Source: Verrucomicrobiia bacterium
Lineage (GTDB): Bacteria; Verrucomicrobiota; Verrucomicrobiia; Limisphaerales; UBA8199
Assembly: GCA_035946615.1 (NCBI GenBank)
Contig: DASYZB010000010.1
Coordinates: forward strand, 5,235-69,234
Reading direction: 5' to 3'
DNA: 64,000 nt
In this document: piece after piece, positions 63,653 through 64,000 of the stretch
How the letters are laid out: each line of letters begins with the position of its first letter
How positions within the stretch are numbered: position 1 is the stretch's first letter
The notes under the pieces: generated by a model
What the model saw: only the letters and a program-made list of their open reading frames with translations
Told to the model about the DNA's origin: nothing
Databases searched by the model: none
Position numbers and translations under genes: made by a program

Positions 63653-64000
63653 CACGTTCCAAATCAGAAATCGATTCGCTCCTGGTCAATCCAGGAATTA
63701 TCGCCGTGGTCCGCGCGCAAAGCGCAGAACAAGTGCTGCCCCTCTCCGAAGCACTTCTCGAAGGCGGCGTCCGTGCCATCGAAATCACCATGACCACCCC
63801 CAATGCCCTCGCCGCCATCCGCGACGCCCGCCAGCGCCTTGGCCAACGCGCGCTGATCGGTGTTGGGACCGTTCTCGATCTGGGTATCTGTCGCGCGGCA
63901 ATCGCGGCGGGTGCTGAATTCGTAGTCACACCGGTTTGCCGCCCGGAGTTTGTGCCCATTGCGCATGATGCCGAGCGGGTCGTCATGCTCGGCGCCTACA
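63649..64000 (+). CDS. eda: KDPG/KHG aldolase (Eda-like), 3' end outside window
   Basis: My own translation is MTRSKSEIDSLLVNPGIIAVVRAQSAEQVLPLSEALLEGGVRAIEITMTTPNAL. It overlaps glcF as ATGA. Confidence 0.75.
   Translation, partial: MTRSKSEIDSLLVNPGIIAVVRAQSAEQVLPLSEALLEGGVRAIEITMTTPNALAAIRDARQRLGQRALIGVGTVLDLGICRAAIAAGAEFVVTPVCRPEFVPIAHDAERVVMLGAY

Overview
This is a high-GC bacterial chromosomal window. Its gene content looks Verrucomicrobiota/Planctomycetota-like: TAT-signal Gfo/Idh/MocA oxidoreductases, a ThuA-like protein, a GH29 fucosidase, a GH38-like hydrolase and many short structured intergenic repeats. That taxonomic placement is an inference only. Most of the window is ordinary housekeeping and carbohydrate metabolism: korAB, topB, mnmE, adk, amino-acid and sugar ABC transporters, a ZIP-Zur zinc module, a P-type ATPase, a CPA2 antiporter, glcDF and eda. 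Three parts stand out. (1) At 31.3-40.4 kb lies a compact island of about 9 kb with no visible integrase. It is full of ORFans joined by ATGA start/stop overlaps. It carries a replisome-organizer-like gene, a decayed C5-methyltransferase, two toxin-antitoxin pairs, a small FtsK/HerA-like P-loop ATPase and a module rich in membrane proteins and lipoproteins. That module has holin/spanin-like and coat-like small proteins, but no recognisable capsid, portal, terminase, tail or endolysin. The left end of the island abuts a 28-bp site matching the E. coli dif core at 23/28 positions. I therefore propose a Xer-dependent (IMEX-type), possibly non-tailed or filamentous, virus-like element of an undescribed kind. 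(2) At 9.9-11.7 kb is an ISKra4-like insertion sequence with perfect 21-bp inverted repeats and a 9-bp target duplication, but a multiply frameshifted transposase. Next to it is an ORFan cluster containing a gene split at an A6GA6 homopolymer tract. (3) Several families of hairpin-forming intergenic repeats recur across the window. No rRNA, tRNA or CRISPR array was found.
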